This document shows positions 1-10,652 of a DNA stretch of 58,238 nt, piece by piece. Source of the DNA: Methanocellales archaeon (GTDB taxonomy: Archaea; Halobacteriota; UBA148). Positions within the stretch are counted from its first letter, which is position 1, and the number at the start of each line of letters is the position of its first letter. The stretch covers positions 1-58,238 of the forward strand of contig JASEEV010000005.1 in NCBI GenBank assembly GCA_030019435.1, written 5' to 3'. The position numbers and the translations under genes are program-made. The notes below the pieces were generated by a model that did no database searches, had not been told where the DNA came from, and saw only the letters and a list, made by a program, of their open reading frames with translations.

Positions 1-203
1 AAGCTCTATTGTGGGCGTTTAGTGATTGTCTATTTCGCTTAACTGAACACTACCATCTTATCCACCCGAAGCGAGCCCGCCAATTGAAACTAACGACATA
101 TTAACGCATTGCGTTGATACTTTTTGATAGAAAAGTGTATGAATTTACTTGCCGATCTTCTCCTTGAGTTGACAGATAAGCTTAAATATGCTCAGAAAGA
201 AGT

Positions 204-530
204 ATGGCGAAGGCTGATAGGATGATGTTTTACGATCTGGCGACGCCAGCATTTCTTACAATCGCATTTATACTAGAACTCTTGGGAATCATCATCATAT
301 GCTATGGGGTTGGGGTCTGCACGCTGAAGCTAATTAGACAAGCTCCCAAACATCCATCGCTCAGCCATGAGCTAGTGAACTATCTAGCACTATCGCTGGA
401 TTACATGCTTGGAGCCGAAATCATAAGGACGGTCGTCGCTAGGACCATCGAGGAGCTGATCATAGTGGGTACGATCATAGTTCTGAGAGGGGCTCTCGGA
501 TACCTCATTCGTCAAGAGGTAAAAGACTAG
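204..530 (+). CDS. small integral membrane protein, DUF1622-like
   Basis: 108-aa ORF with hydrophobic helices. The C-terminal pattern LDYMLGAEIIRT...LRGALGYLIRQE resembles DUF1622 as I recall that family. Confidence 0.45.
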   Translation: MAKADRMMFYDLATPAFLTIAFILELLGIIIICYGVGVCTLKLIRQAPKHPSLSHELVNYLALSLDYMLGAEIIRTVVARTIEELIIVGTIIVLRGALGYLIRQEVKD

Positions 531-1552
531 ATCATCTTCTTCTTCACGAGAAACTCTGCGTTCAGCACAGATGCGCCTGCTGCACCTCTGATCGTATTGT
601 GTCCCATTGCGATATATCGTATGCCATCTCTGATTCTTCCGACAGACACGCTCATGCCATGACCAGCATCCCTGTCCAGTCTGGGCTGCGGTCTGTCCTC
701 TGCATCGTGCACGATGATCGGTTTTTCTGGCGCGGTCGGAAGTCCTTTTACTTCATCGCATCTGAATGTACGAAACGCATCCCTGACCTCTTCCGGCGTG
801 GGGTTCTCCCTCATCATGACCCATATTGCCTCAGTGTGTCCATCTAGCACAGGAACCCTATGACAACTTGCGCTTATTGAGAAATCAGCATTTTTCACTT
901 TAGAACCATCGAACTCGCCCAAGATCTTCTGTGCCTCGCCCTCCACCTTCTCCTCCTCATCTTTGATGTATGGAATCACGTTATCGAGGATTGCCATTGA
1001 CGTCACTCCTTCATAACCAGCACCCGAGACGGCTTGCATGGTTGCAACGTACACCCTTTCTATGTCGAAGCGCATCAATGGTTTCAGCGTGAGCGCCATC
1101 ACGATCGTAGTACAATTTGGATTGGTGATTATGCATCCATCCCAATTGCGATTGTCTCTTTGTATTTTTATCAAGCCCAGATGATCTGGGTTGACCTCGG
1201 GTATCATGAGGGGTACATCGCTCTCCATTCTGTACGAGCTGGCGTTGCTCGCTACTACAAATCCCGCCTCCGCAAATCTGGGCTCGTCCTCTCTCGCGAT
1301 GGATGCTGGTAGCGCGGAGAACACGATCTCAGCATCTACCTCATCCGGAGCGGTTGGAAGAACATCTAACTCTCCTATCTCATCTGGAAGCTGGGTCTCA
1401 AGCCGCCAGTTTACAGCATCCGCATATCTTTTCCCAACGCTTCTCTCTGAAGCAGTTACACACGTCAACGCAAACCACGGATGTCTGGCTAATAGCTGGA
1501 TGAATCTTTGCCCTACTGCTCCAGTTGCACCGAGAACTCCTACTTTGATCAT
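527..1552 (-). CDS. asd: aspartate-semialdehyde dehydrogenase
   Basis: Rossmann N-terminus [17 protein letters not shown], active-site region ITNPNCTT, and CHRVPV. The ORF track extends to 1576, but the ATG at 1552 gives the canonical N-terminus. Confidence 0.9.
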   Translation of the reverse strand: MIKVGVLGATGAVGQRFIQLLARHPWFALTCVTASERSVGKRYADAVNWRLETQLPDEIGELDVLPTAPDEVDAEIVFSALPASIAREDEPRFAEAGFVVASNASSYRMESDVPLMIPEVNPDHLGLIKIQRDNRNWDGCIITNPNCTTIVMALTLKPLMRFDIERVYVATMQAVSGAGYEGVTSMAILDNVIPYIKDEEEKVEGEAQKILGEFDGSKVKNADFSISASCHRVPVLDGHTEAIWVMMRENPTPEEVRDAFRTFRCDEVKGLPTAPEKPIIVHDAEDRPQPRLDRDAGHGMSVSVGRIRDGIRYIAMGHNTIRGAAGASVLNAEFLVKKKMI

Positions 1553-1728
1553 AACGAAATCGCACCTGTCGAGCAAACATCAACGCATATACCACATTCG
1601 ACACACACAGAATCGTCAACCGAAGCGGTATCATCGTTCAATAAAATGGCTGCCAAAGGACACACATCTACGCATGCCCCACATCCTATACACTTATCTG
1701 AATCGACTTTTGCTGCCATGATAATTCC

Positions 1729-2493
1729 CTATATTCCGAGGACATTGTCCATCGAATGTATCCCTTTCTTCGCATTGACGACCCATCTTATCGCTTTGAG
1801 AGCGCCAGAGGCAAACGCCTGCCTACTATGCGCTCTATGCACGATCTCCATTCGTTCACCATCTCCAGCAAATAGAACGAGATGATCGCCAACGATGTCT
1901 CCGCCTCGGACGGCATGGACCCCGATCTCATCCTCTCTTGGGCAGAGTCCTTCTCGCCCATATATAATTTTTCTCCCCCCCAAGGCATCGCTTATTATCT
2001 TTGCTGCACGCGTTGCAGTACCACTGGGTGCATCCTTTTTGTGCCGATGGTGGGCCTCGACGATCTCGACATCATAGTCCTTGAGATGTTTGGCCGCCTC
2101 TTCTATCATCTTCCAAAACACGTTCACACCAACAGAGAAATTTGGAGATATGACCGCTGCCACTTTTTCATCGATCGCCCTCTCCATTTTGGCTCGTTGC
2201 TCAGGTGTGAATCCAGTCGTGCCTATAACCAAATTCACGTCGTGCTCGGCTGCAGATATCGCATTCTCCACCGCTCCAGATGCAGTGGTGAAATCGACCA
2301 ATACATCCGGCTTTGTTTTTGTGAGCACTTCATCGATGTCTTTTACGTCTGAAACTCTTACCCCTCCCACATCTGTGCCGATCTTTCTAATCTCAAACGC
2401 TGCCACGAGCTCCATGTCGCCCTCTTGTAGAACGTTCTGTGTTATCAAGGAACCCATACGTCCGCAAGCCCCACAGACGGCGACTTTGATCAT
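1729..2493 (-). CDS. dapB: 4-hydroxy-tetrahydrodipicolinate reductase
   Basis: N-terminal [14 protein letters not shown] and the DapB signature [15 protein letters not shown]. Confidence 0.9.
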   Translation of the reverse strand: MIKVAVCGACGRMGSLITQNVLQEGDMELVAAFEIRKIGTDVGGVRVSDVKDIDEVLTKTKPDVLVDFTTASGAVENAISAAEHDVNLVIGTTGFTPEQRAKMERAIDEKVAAVISPNFSVGVNVFWKMIEEAAKHLKDYDVEIVEAHHRHKKDAPSGTATRAAKIISDALGGRKIIYGREGLCPREDEIGVHAVRGGDIVGDHLVLFAGDGERMEIVHRAHSRQAFASGALKAIRWVVNAKKGIHSMDNVLGI

Positions 2494-3371
2494 AGCATCA
2501 CCAATGATTCTAAGACGCTCCTTAGCTTGGTTGCGTTCTCTTCACTTAGTGGAGAGAGCGGGAGGCGGAGTTCGCCTGCAGCTAAACCCAGCCAACCCAT
2601 TGCGGTCTTTACTGGAATCGGATTTGTCTCTAAGAACAGGGCGCGGAACAAAGGCGAGAGGATGTGATGTAGCTCTCTAGCCCTATCTAGCTTGCCATCC
2701 AAGAACGCACTTACCATGTCGCTCACTTGCCTCGGAATGATGTTCGCCGCTACGGATACCACTCCTTTGCCGCCCAATACCAGGATTGGAAGTGTGAGCG
2801 AGTCATCCCCAGAAAGCACGATGAAATCCTGCTCACGCGTTAACTCGATGATCTTGGAAACCTGGGTAATATCTCCGCTAGCCTCCTTGATCCCGATGAT
2901 GTTCTCAACTTTCGCGAGTTCAGCCACGACATCTGCAGTCATGTTCTTTCCGGTCCTGGAGGGAACGTTATACAGTATGATCGGAATGTCACATGTTTCC
3001 GCGACGGTCTTATAATGCTTGATCAAGCCAGCATCGGTCGGCTTATTATAATATGGTGTGATAAGCATCGCAGCATCTGCGCCTGCATCGGCGGCATATT
3101 TTGTGATCTCAATCGCCTCTTTCGTGTTATTCGAGCCGGTTCCAGCGATGACGGGAACGCTGGATGCATCTATGGCAATATCGATGATGTTCTTTTGCTC
3201 TTGGTGCGAGAGCGTGGCAGCCTCACCAGTGCAGCCGGCTGGCACAATGCCGGAGACCCCATTCTCGATGACGAACGCTATGTTCGAGCGCAAGCCATCC
3301 TCATCCACTTTGTCATCTTTGGTGAATGGTGTGACAAGCGCCGGAAAGACCCCTTCAAACATCTTCTTCAC
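2490..3371 (-). CDS. dapA: 4-hydroxy-tetrahydrodipicolinate synthase
   Basis: 293 aa with [20 protein letters not shown] and YNVPSRTG motifs. It overlaps dapB by 4 nt. Confidence 0.9.
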   Translation of the reverse strand: MKKMFEGVFPALVTPFTKDDKVDEDGLRSNIAFVIENGVSGIVPAGCTGEAATLSHQEQKNIIDIAIDASSVPVIAGTGSNNTKEAIEITKYAADAGADAAMLITPYYNKPTDAGLIKHYKTVAETCDIPIILYNVPSRTGKNMTADVVAELAKVENIIGIKEASGDITQVSKIIELTREQDFIVLSGDDSLTLPILVLGGKGVVSVAANIIPRQVSDMVSAFLDGKLDRARELHHILSPLFRALFLETNPIPVKTAMGWLGLAAGELRLPLSPLSEENATKLRSVLESLVML

Positions 3372-3571
3372 CTCTTAGATTTTAATTTGCGGGTTATATA
3401 CCCTGCAACCCTATTTCTGATCACCTTGCTTTCGACATCTGTATGCTCAGACACGAGCTTCTTGTTCTCGTCGAAATCCGCTCCAAATACACCTGGACGC
3501 TCTTGTATCAGTCTGTCCCCGACGTTTTTGATGTATGTTGGTTTAACTCCTATCCTCATTCCCCCCAGCAT
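3368..3571 (-). CDS. rps17e: 30S ribosomal protein S17e (eS17)
   Basis: 67 aa. [27 protein letters not shown]...[13 protein letters not shown] matches archaeal eS17. The start may instead be the internal MRIGV at 3559. Confidence 0.8.
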   Translation of the reverse strand: MLGGMRIGVKPTYIKNVGDRLIQERPGVFGADFDENKKLVSEHTDVESKVIRNRVAGYITRKLKSKR

Positions 3572-3574
3572 TAT

Positions 3575-4841
3575 TTATCGTTTTGCTATTTTAACCACTT
3601 TTTGGGCGACATCTGTGGCAGAACATCCCAGAACTCTTATCATCGGCTCTTTTCCCACGCTGCCCAGGTCATAGATGATGTCTGGAACGGATCCAAATTC
3701 TTTGATCGCAGTAGAAATTCCCCACTCCATCGTGTCCACACCTTTTGGCTCCTCCTTTCTGTCAAACGAAGCAATGCTAAGCTTCAGTCTTTTGCACCTT
3801 GATAGAATGCTTGGTGAATATTTTATATTCATGCCCCCCCTCATCTTTTCATCGAATTGCATTGTTGCAAGAATAAACCGTGCGACATGGCTGCTCGCGC
3901 CAAAATCGACTTCTCCTACGGCTCTTGCACCGTCGATGCGCACGATTCTTCCCCTGACAGCAGCCACATCTTTTATGGAAGTTGCACCCTTGATGGCCAT
4001 CCCGATATTGCTCCCAACCTCTGGAATTAGCTTTGAGAATTCATCACATTTTTCCAACAATGAAACAGCGTTCCGCACATCTTTCAGCACATCGTATCGT
4101 TCCGTCTCCCTGAGAATCAACGCTAAGGGATTTACCGGACTGCTGCCATCTCCAACGTTCATTCCACCCTTGATCGATGCTACGACGAACTCCTTTGCCT
4201 TCATGGCAGCTTCTCTTAGGGCGAGCCCCTTTGCCAAGTATGCAGTAAGAGCGGCTGAATACGTACACCTAGCACCATGCGTGCCCTTATTGATTCTCTC
4301 TCTTTCTATCAATTCAAATCCACCATCATATAACACATCAATGCCATCAAGATGTCCGCCCGTGACTATTACCGCATTAGCGCCCAAATCATGTATTTTG
4401 ATTGCAGCTTTTTTGCACTCTCTCGGTCGATCACCTTCATACCACTGATAAGAGCAGCCTCAAAGACGTTTGGCGTCACAACCGTTGCCAGGGGAATAAT
4501 TCACCCACTGAGATGGCATTTCGTCGAAGCAGGCATCCACCTGTCTCTGCCTTCATCACCGGATCGACCACCAACGGCATCTTGTGCTCTCTCATCTGCT
4601 GAGCTACAGCTCTTACTATCTCCGCTGAGGAGAGCATGCCAGTTTTTGTATGATCCACGATGACCTCTATGGGCAAATCATGGACGCTCTGCACCCCAAG
4701 TGTGTTTTGTGCCGTGACCGAGGTAATTGCGCAGGTGCCATGCACACCTAATGCGGCAAAGGTATTCAGATCCGCTTGGATGCCCGCACCACCTCCACTA
4801 TCAGAGCCAGCTATGTTCATTACGCACCTCATGTCAACCAT
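3575..4841 (-). pseudogene. thiDN: bifunctional ThiD (hydroxymethylpyrimidine/phosphomethylpyrimidine kinase) - ThiN (thiamine-phosphate synthase), interrupted by two frameshifts
   Basis: The ThiD N-terminus ([17 protein letters not shown]...KTGML...VVDPVM) lies in ORF 4476..4841. The ThiD C-terminus (GANAVIVTGGH) plus the ThiN domain lie in ORF 3575..4387. The connecting peptide IIPLATVVTPNVFEAALISGMKVIDRESAKK is readable only in the third frame between about 4415 and 4495. Confidence 0.8.
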
Positions 4842-4900
4842 TAGAGAGTGGGGCTTATTATTTAAAGGAGTATCTTGTTGTATAGGAAGGACGTGATGGC

Positions 4901-5548
4901 GTGTACAAGTTAATGGTCTTTGATATGGATGGAACGCTCCTTGATGGTAGGACCATTTACGTCTTAGCTAAAAAGCTGGGTTTTGAAGAACGTCTGCACA
5001 AGATCATCAGCTCAGATCTGCAGAAGTGTGAAAAGACGGTTGAGATTGCCAAGCTTCTCAGTGGACTGTCTGTTGCATGTTTCCTAGATGTATTCGATGA
5101 AATCCCCCTTCAGACCGGCGCCCAAAAAGTTATCGTTGCAGCCAGAAAAGCTGGTATGATGACGGTTATAGCGACGGATAGTTATCAACTGGCTGCGAAT
5201 CGGTTGGCAAAAAGACTCGGTATTGATAGAGCATTTGCAAACGAGTTGGAATTCAAAGCTGGAAAGATCACCGGTAGGATCAAGCTGAACAATGATAGAT
5301 TAGAGCCTCGCATGGCTGGTTGTAAGGTCCATTCCGTCTGCAAGCGAGATATTCTGCATAAACTATGTGATGAGCTGGGGATCGCTCCTGCTGAAAGTGT
5401 GGCAGTTGGCAACGCCCCTAATGATAAATGCATGATAGAGGATGCCGGCTTAGGAGTTGCATTCGAGGCACCGGCAGAGCTAAATGAAGTTGCCGATCTA
5501 ATATTGGACGATGACCTGAGCAAAATGTTGGATCACTTGAGGGAATGA
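4901..5548 (+). CDS. HAD-superfamily phosphatase, subfamily IB (SerB-like)
   Basis: DxDGT motif (VFDMDGTLLDG), ATDSY, and GNAPNDKCMIEDAGLGVAF. GTG at 4901 or ATG at 4913 could be the start. Confidence 0.7.
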   Translation: MYKLMVFDMDGTLLDGRTIYVLAKKLGFEERLHKIISSDLQKCEKTVEIAKLLSGLSVACFLDVFDEIPLQTGAQKVIVAARKAGMMTVIATDSYQLAANRLAKRLGIDRAFANELEFKAGKITGRIKLNNDRLEPRMAGCKVHSVCKRDILHKLCDELGIAPAESVAVGNAPNDKCMIEDAGLGVAFEAPAELNEVADLILDDDLSKMLDHLRE

Positions 5549-5549
5549 G

Positions 5550-6689
5550 ATGCACGACTTCGACCATACGGACTTTGAATTGCCCGATCTGCTTCAAGAG
5601 AAAGAGGATGCCAAGATATCGGTCATCATCCCCTCTTTTAAGGAGGAGGCCCTAGGAGGGGTGATCGCTAAGACCGGAGAACTGGTCAATGCAGGGCTAA
5701 TTGACGAGATTTTGATGGTGGAAGGCTCGACTCTCAACGGAGAAATTGACTACGAGACGATCAGAGTCGCTGCTGAAGCCGCCTTGGACTCGCTTGAAGA
5801 TTTTGATACCTTTAAGGTGATCCATCAAAGCCTGCCAGAAATATGCGCACTCTTGGAGACCAATGTGACACATGGGAAGGGGGATGCACTCTACAAGGGA
5901 GTTGCATGCTCTCAGGGGGATATTCTGGTTTTTCTTGATGCAGACATCATGAACATAGAGGAGCGCTTTGCCAGGGGCTTGGTAGGCCCAATCCTCTCCT
6001 TCGAGGAGATTCTTTTCTCAAAGGCTTATTACCATCGCCCCAAGTTCAAGATGAGGGGCAAGACGATCTTCGGCGGGCGAGTGACAAGGCTGTACATGCT
6101 CCCCATCCTGAAAATTTTGTGTCGGGTGTACAATGTCTTAGAGGGTCTGGAGGACTTCACATATCCGCTGAGCGGCGAAGTTGCGCTGACGAGAGAAGTT
6201 TTCGAGTCTCTAGCGATGCCACACCATTACGGCATTGAGATAGCGATGCTGATAGAAATCTATGAAAAATTTGGTTACGAAACATTCTCTCAGGTTGACC
6301 TGCGCGAGCACATTCATCACCATCGATCAGATAAAGCCCTTGCAGAGATGGTGGAGCAAATTACTAGGGCGCTGTTTTGGTTCGTGCGCGAGAACTTTTA
6401 CCTTGATTTTGGGGAGGAAATGAGGCGAAGGAGCATCATCGATCTGTATAGGTCTCGCGCCTTTGAGGGGCTGAAGACCGTAGACGATTTCAAGCGGATT
6501 GAGGCTTATAGGAGAAGCCTTGCTAGAGGCCTAAAAACGCTGCACGAGTTTGAGATGAGACTCCATCCCCCCTTCGCGAAACGCCAAACTATGAAAAACG
6601 CAGGGGCAAGCTTCACAAACGTACAGTCAAGTTCACTCATAAGATCGCGAGCCAGCTCTAGAAACGTAGAAGGATGCGCAGGTCGTTGA
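5550..6689 (+). CDS. GT-A fold glycosyltransferase, glucosyl-3-phosphoglycerate synthase-like
   Basis: KISVIIPSFKEE, HGKGDALYKG and VFLDADI (DxD) resemble GpgS/MpgS-type enzymes. The last ~40 aa are low-complexity and may be out of frame (see findings). Confidence 0.55.
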   Translation: MHDFDHTDFELPDLLQEKEDAKISVIIPSFKEEALGGVIAKTGELVNAGLIDEILMVEGSTLNGEIDYETIRVAAEAALDSLEDFDTFKVIHQSLPEICALLETNVTHGKGDALYKGVACSQGDILVFLDADIMNIEERFARGLVGPILSFEEILFSKAYYHRPKFKMRGKTIFGGRVTRLYMLPILKILCRVYNVLEGLEDFTYPLSGEVALTREVFESLAMPHHYGIEIAMLIEIYEKFGYETFSQVDLREHIHHHRSDKALAEMVEQITRALFWFVRENFYLDFGEEMRRRSIIDLYRSRAFEGLKTVDDFKRIEAYRRSLARGLKTLHEFEMRLHPPFAKRQTMKNAGASFTNVQSSSLIRSRASSRNVEGCAGR

Positions 6690-7950
6690 GATTCGTTCCC
6701 GTTCGTCCCGTCATGATCAGGTCACTCATCTTTTTGAAGAAGTCATATGAATCGTTGTTTTCTAGGAACACCATTGGGTTCAAGCCCAATTCTCCAGCTC
6801 GCCTGAGCGAGTTACCATCAGCTACCGCTCCTGCTGCATTCGTAAACCCATCGATCCCATCAGAATCGACAGAAGCGATGACAATTCTTTCCTCAGCGAT
6901 CTCATCCACACAGGCTAGAACGAACTCTTGGTTTGGTCCTCCCTTGCCTGAGCCTTTGACCTTGACGGTCGTCTCGCCCCCGCTGATCAGGCATGATACC
7001 TTCATCTTTTTGATAGCCTCTAGCTGTTTTGCCCCCTCCACTCTGGACTCTCCTGTAACGGCATCCAAGATCATAGATGAGTAGCCTAGCATCTGCGCTT
7101 TTTCTTTGGCGGCGGATAACATGATCTTGCTATCTAGAATTATCTCGTTATGGACTTTCTCGAAGACTGGATCTGCTGCCTTCGGCGTCTCCGCCAGATT
7201 GCCCGCTCGTCCTTCTTCTAATACCCTCCGGACATCTGGTGGCACTCTTGCCCAGAGATCATATTTTCGTAGTATCTCAACCGCATCTGCGTACGTGGAC
7301 TCATCCGGAGTGGTGGGTCCAGAGGCGATGACATCCGCTCTATTGCCCACGACATCGGATATGATCAAGCTTGCCAGTCTTGCTTGCACTCTGGCCGCTA
7401 ACTGACCCCCCTTGATCTGAGATAAGTGCTTGCGCACCACATTGATCTCATCGATTCTGGCTCCTGACCTGAGGAGGAGCTCATTTGTCTTTGCCGACGA
7501 TCTGATGGACACTCCTTGTTTGGGAAGTGTTAATAGGGCGGATCCTCCGCCTGAGACCAGGCATATGACGAGGTCATCGGACTTTGCCTTTTCAGCCAAC
7601 TTCAACAAACTTTTCGTCGCAAAGACGTTCTTTTCGGCTGGGACAGGGTGTTCCCCAATCAAAATCTTGATCCTTTTCGTTGCTTGAGGAGATGTGGTGA
7701 TGATCGCTCCATCACATATCCTGTCGCCCAGAATATTCTCCAGCTCAACGGCCATCTGTCCAGATGCCTTTCCAAATCCCACTACAAAAATCCGGTCCAC
7801 ACTCAGATCAAGATGTTCGATGGCATGCTGCAGAGCCCTTCTGGGATGAGCAGCCTGTAAGGCATGCTCCATAATGTCGAGAACATCAGCTCGCGCTTTT
7901 TTGAACTCGGTGGTAGCGTTTGACATCAGCTCCATCTTGTTCTGGATCAT
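6658..7950 (-). CDS. glycerate 2-kinase / hydroxypyruvate reductase family protein (DUF4147 + MOFRL)
   Basis: 430 aa with VVGFGKASGQMA, LVSGGGSALL, ISGGETTVKVKGSGKGGPNQE and TGTNLNDLRILL, typical of TtuD/GckA-type glycerate kinases. Confidence 0.8.
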   Translation of the reverse strand: MIQNKMELMSNATTEFKKARADVLDIMEHALQAAHPRRALQHAIEHLDLSVDRIFVVGFGKASGQMAVELENILGDRICDGAIITTSPQATKRIKILIGEHPVPAEKNVFATKSLLKLAEKAKSDDLVICLVSGGGSALLTLPKQGVSIRSSAKTNELLLRSGARIDEINVVRKHLSQIKGGQLAARVQARLASLIISDVVGNRADVIASGPTTPDESTYADAVEILRKYDLWARVPPDVRRVLEEGRAGNLAETPKAADPVFEKVHNEIILDSKIMLSAAKEKAQMLGYSSMILDAVTGESRVEGAKQLEAIKKMKVSCLISGGETTVKVKGSGKGGPNQEFVLACVDEIAEERIVIASVDSDGIDGFTNAAGAVADGNSLRRAGELGLNPMVFLENNDSYDFFKKMSDLIMTGRTGTNLNDLRILLRF

Positions 7951-7951
7951 G

Positions 7952-9166
7952 TCAATAGATTTCTTTTAGATATGGCATCAACGTTTCGAACGTCTCTGCT
8001 TGCTCCTTGATGACGGTCTCAGCCTTTCTGGTGCTCATGTCTTGGGTTTCTAGCACGAAATGGGCATATCTACCCAGCCATAGATCGTGTAGGGCATCGA
8101 GAATTATGCTCTTCTTTTTTTCCGTCTCCGCTCGCTTGTATGCGGCTGCCATATGATATACCGTTTTTGCCCATGTCTCTGGGTCGAACTTCCGCTGTTG
8201 CGTGCATGCATGCACTTTTTTGAAGACACCTTTGGGCAACATCTGCTCTAATAAATCCCTATGGATTTTAAATCCTTCTTTGAAATGGAAAATCAGCTTC
8301 ATTGGGTCTACTTGCACTGGAACTGGTCTCTGTCCGTAGTAATGAGCATTTCTCCTCCTCTGGATTTTCACCTTCCACTCAACCCTCTTCCAGTCATTCT
8401 CATAGTATTCCATCAAGTCAAATAGCGTGCTGACCACCTGTTGGAACATTGCACTCAGCTGATTGCGCACGTCGATATATCTCGTAACTGACGAATGTAT
8501 CTTCAGTCCTAGGAAGGATTCTCGGATGTTCATTCGCTCTGCTGCAGCGACGGTCGTTATGGATATATCAGCGCCAAAATGGTGTGGGAAGATCGGGTGG
8601 CGGAGCAGCCTTTCAGCTAACCTGCGAGAAAGGGCATAGTCGCCGCCGATGGGTTGTCTGATGTTCGCTTTGAATACCGAGCGGATGAGAGGATAAGCGA
8701 TATTGTTCGTGATCACGCCATCGTATTTATCTCTGATGTAAAACGGGACGACGAGATCGGCGCCAAACAAGATAGGCTCGGACAAGTGAGCCATCCAGGA
8801 AGGCGAAACGCTGAGCAAGTCACCATCCACCAACATGATGCATTTAGCATCCGTCGCCATGGCGATCTCGAACGTCGTGCGAATCGCACTCCCTTTTCCA
8901 GCCTCACCTACGTCTTCTGTCACGATCTTTTCGATGGCGGGCGGTAGCGAGAACATCCTGGCTAACTCCCTCGTTCGGTCGCTTGAGAATCCATTGGAAA
9001 TGACCACTAAGCTGTTGACTTCTTCAAAATATCTTTGGAGTCCCATGCCGACTACGTTCAACGTATGGACGATGGTCGTTTCAACGTCCTTCGTGGGAAT
9101 GCCGACAACGATATCCACAGGTCCTATCTTATCAACTTGCTCTTGTAAAACCGGCGTTAGAACCAT
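7952..9166 (-). CDS. glycosyltransferase-like protein, uncharacterised subfamily
   Basis: 404 aa. N-terminal DIVVGIPTKDVETTI resembles GT-A nucleotide-sugar binding starts, and LVDGDL is a possible DxD. The specific function is not recognisable. Confidence 0.4.
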   Translation of the reverse strand: MVLTPVLQEQVDKIGPVDIVVGIPTKDVETTIVHTLNVVGMGLQRYFEEVNSLVVISNGFSSDRTRELARMFSLPPAIEKIVTEDVGEAGKGSAIRTTFEIAMATDAKCIMLVDGDLLSVSPSWMAHLSEPILFGADLVVPFYIRDKYDGVITNNIAYPLIRSVFKANIRQPIGGDYALSRRLAERLLRHPIFPHHFGADISITTVAAAERMNIRESFLGLKIHSSVTRYIDVRNQLSAMFQQVVSTLFDLMEYYENDWKRVEWKVKIQRRRNAHYYGQRPVPVQVDPMKLIFHFKEGFKIHRDLLEQMLPKGVFKKVHACTQQRKFDPETWAKTVYHMAAAYKRAETEKKKSIILDALHDLWLGRYAHFVLETQDMSTRKAETVIKEQAETFETLMPYLKEIY

Positions 9167-9277
9167 TCCATCCCTGCTATAAACACATGTTAGTAAAACA
9201 TCTGGTAAATAACCTTTGCGATATGTTTATGAGAAACCTATAAATCAGCACAATCCTCTTATACTTGGGGAGTGTAA

Positions 9278-10201
9278 ATGGGTGAATTCTCTCACATAAA
9301 GGTATTGATGAACGGCAGATTCGTGGATTGGGATGATGCCAACGTTCATGTGACTACGCACGCATTGCTCTATGGTACCGGCGTTTTTGAGGGGATACGT
9401 GGCTATTACAATGAGGCACGCAAGCAGATGTTCATTCTGAAACTGAAAGATCATGTGAAACGTTTGTTTAAGAACATGCGATTGCTTCGCCTGAGCCTCA
9501 GCCTTACAGCTGATGAGTTGGCGAAGGAGATCATAGAGCTCATCCGTCTGAATGACTTCAGGGAGGATGTGTACATTCGTCCAGCCATATATTTTGGTCC
9601 TGGCTCGGTCGGATTGGATCCTTCCAGTCATGACATCGATTATTTCGTTTTTGCGATGCCATTTGGAAAGTATCTGGATACAGAAAAGGGAATATCTGCT
9701 TGCGTCTGCTCATGGCGTCGAATCACAGATAACATGCTGCCACCAAGGGGTAAGATAATCGGCGCATATGTGAACAGCGTTCTTGCCAAACAAGAGGCAA
9801 TAGCAAACGGCTATGATGAAGCGATATTGCTGACGAAGGACGACTTCGTGTGTGAAGGCAGTGGTGAGAACATCTTTCTCGTTCGAAACGAGTTGCTGCT
9901 AACGCCACCAGTCTATGCAGACATATTGGAGGGCATAACAAGGGCATCGCTCATCGAACTAGCAGGAGACCTAAAGCACGAGGTCATAGAGCGCCAGATA
10001 GGAAGGACAGAGCTATATATCGCTGACGAGGTCTTTTTGTGCGGCACGGGTGCGGAAGTAACGCCAGTAGTGAGCATAGACGGACAACTGATAAATGACG
10101 GAAAGATAGGACCGATCACGAAAGAGCTGAAGGACAAATACTTCAAGATAGTCAGGGGCAACGAAAATAGATATGCTAGCTGGTTGACGCCTGTTTACTG
10201 A
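9278..10201 (+). CDS. ilvE: branched-chain amino acid aminotransferase (class IV)
   Basis: 307 aa with HALLYGTGVFEGIRGY, GSGENIFLV, and LEGITRASLIELA. Confidence 0.9.
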   Translation: MGEFSHIKVLMNGRFVDWDDANVHVTTHALLYGTGVFEGIRGYYNEARKQMFILKLKDHVKRLFKNMRLLRLSLSLTADELAKEIIELIRLNDFREDVYIRPAIYFGPGSVGLDPSSHDIDYFVFAMPFGKYLDTEKGISACVCSWRRITDNMLPPRGKIIGAYVNSVLAKQEAIANGYDEAILLTKDDFVCEGSGENIFLVRNELLLTPPVYADILEGITRASLIELAGDLKHEVIERQIGRTELYIADEVFLCGTGAEVTPVVSIDGQLINDGKIGPITKELKDKYFKIVRGNENRYASWLTPVY

Positions 10202-10220
10202 GAAAAAACGATGATGAGTT

Positions 10221-10640
10221 ATGGTCCAGAAAATAAAATGGAGATGGTCCTCGAAAGTTGAGTGTTGGGTAGGCATCCTGATCATAACGCTTCCCCTCTG
10301 TCTCGTCTTCTTTTTTGAGTCAGTGTACTTCTTGGCGATCATACCAGCAGGATTTTTTATATTGACACATGGGATGATCAGGGGGATGGACGAAAAAACG
10401 GTGTGGAAATTCAGGGTCAACTGGGTGGACCAGGGTGGTAAACGCAAATACAGCAAACCATTTGATAGCGATATCGAGGCATACAAACACTACCTAGAGA
10501 CACTTCGCTCTAAAAAGCCCGACCAGATTTGGCTTGAAAGTGGTGAGCCGGACTGGCGCCGGATGTCAATGGATGAGATCAAATCGATCAAACGTAAAAA
10601 GTGGGTCTCAGAAAAGCTACATATCCTAATAGAGCGTTGA
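10221..10640 (+). CDS. hypothetical membrane protein
   Basis: 139-aa ORF with two N-terminal hydrophobic segments and a charged C-terminal domain. No family recognised. Confidence 0.35.
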   Translation: MVQKIKWRWSSKVECWVGILIITLPLCLVFFFESVYFLAIIPAGFFILTHGMIRGMDEKTVWKFRVNWVDQGGKRKYSKPFDSDIEAYKHYLETLRSKKPDQIWLESGEPDWRRMSMDEIKSIKRKKWVSEKLHILIER

Positions 10641-10652
10641 GCCGTTTGAGCG

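Noticed and set aside
1-203. I checked for a possible small RNA or tRNA fragment at the window start (GGGCG...CGCCC-like complementarity, GTGATTG and CTGA boxes).
   Set aside because: There is no cloverleaf, no T-loop consensus, and no proper C/D box spacing. The region most likely contains only the promoter of the DUF1622 gene.
1191-1721. Many long ORFs run antisense to recognised genes. Examples are 1191..1721, 2081..2680, 3675..4448, 22163..22786, 22871..23422, 40856..41272, 43133..43576, 43802..44314, 45267..45896 and 47822..48337.
   Set aside because: Each lies opposite a strongly recognisable conserved gene. They have biased, low-complexity composition (Ser/Pro/Leu-rich) and no recognisable domains. 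They are typical shadow ORFs.
9245-9631. A 128-aa minus-strand ORF overlaps the ilvE start.
   Set aside because: It overlaps a confidently identified aminotransferase on the other strand and has no family resemblance.
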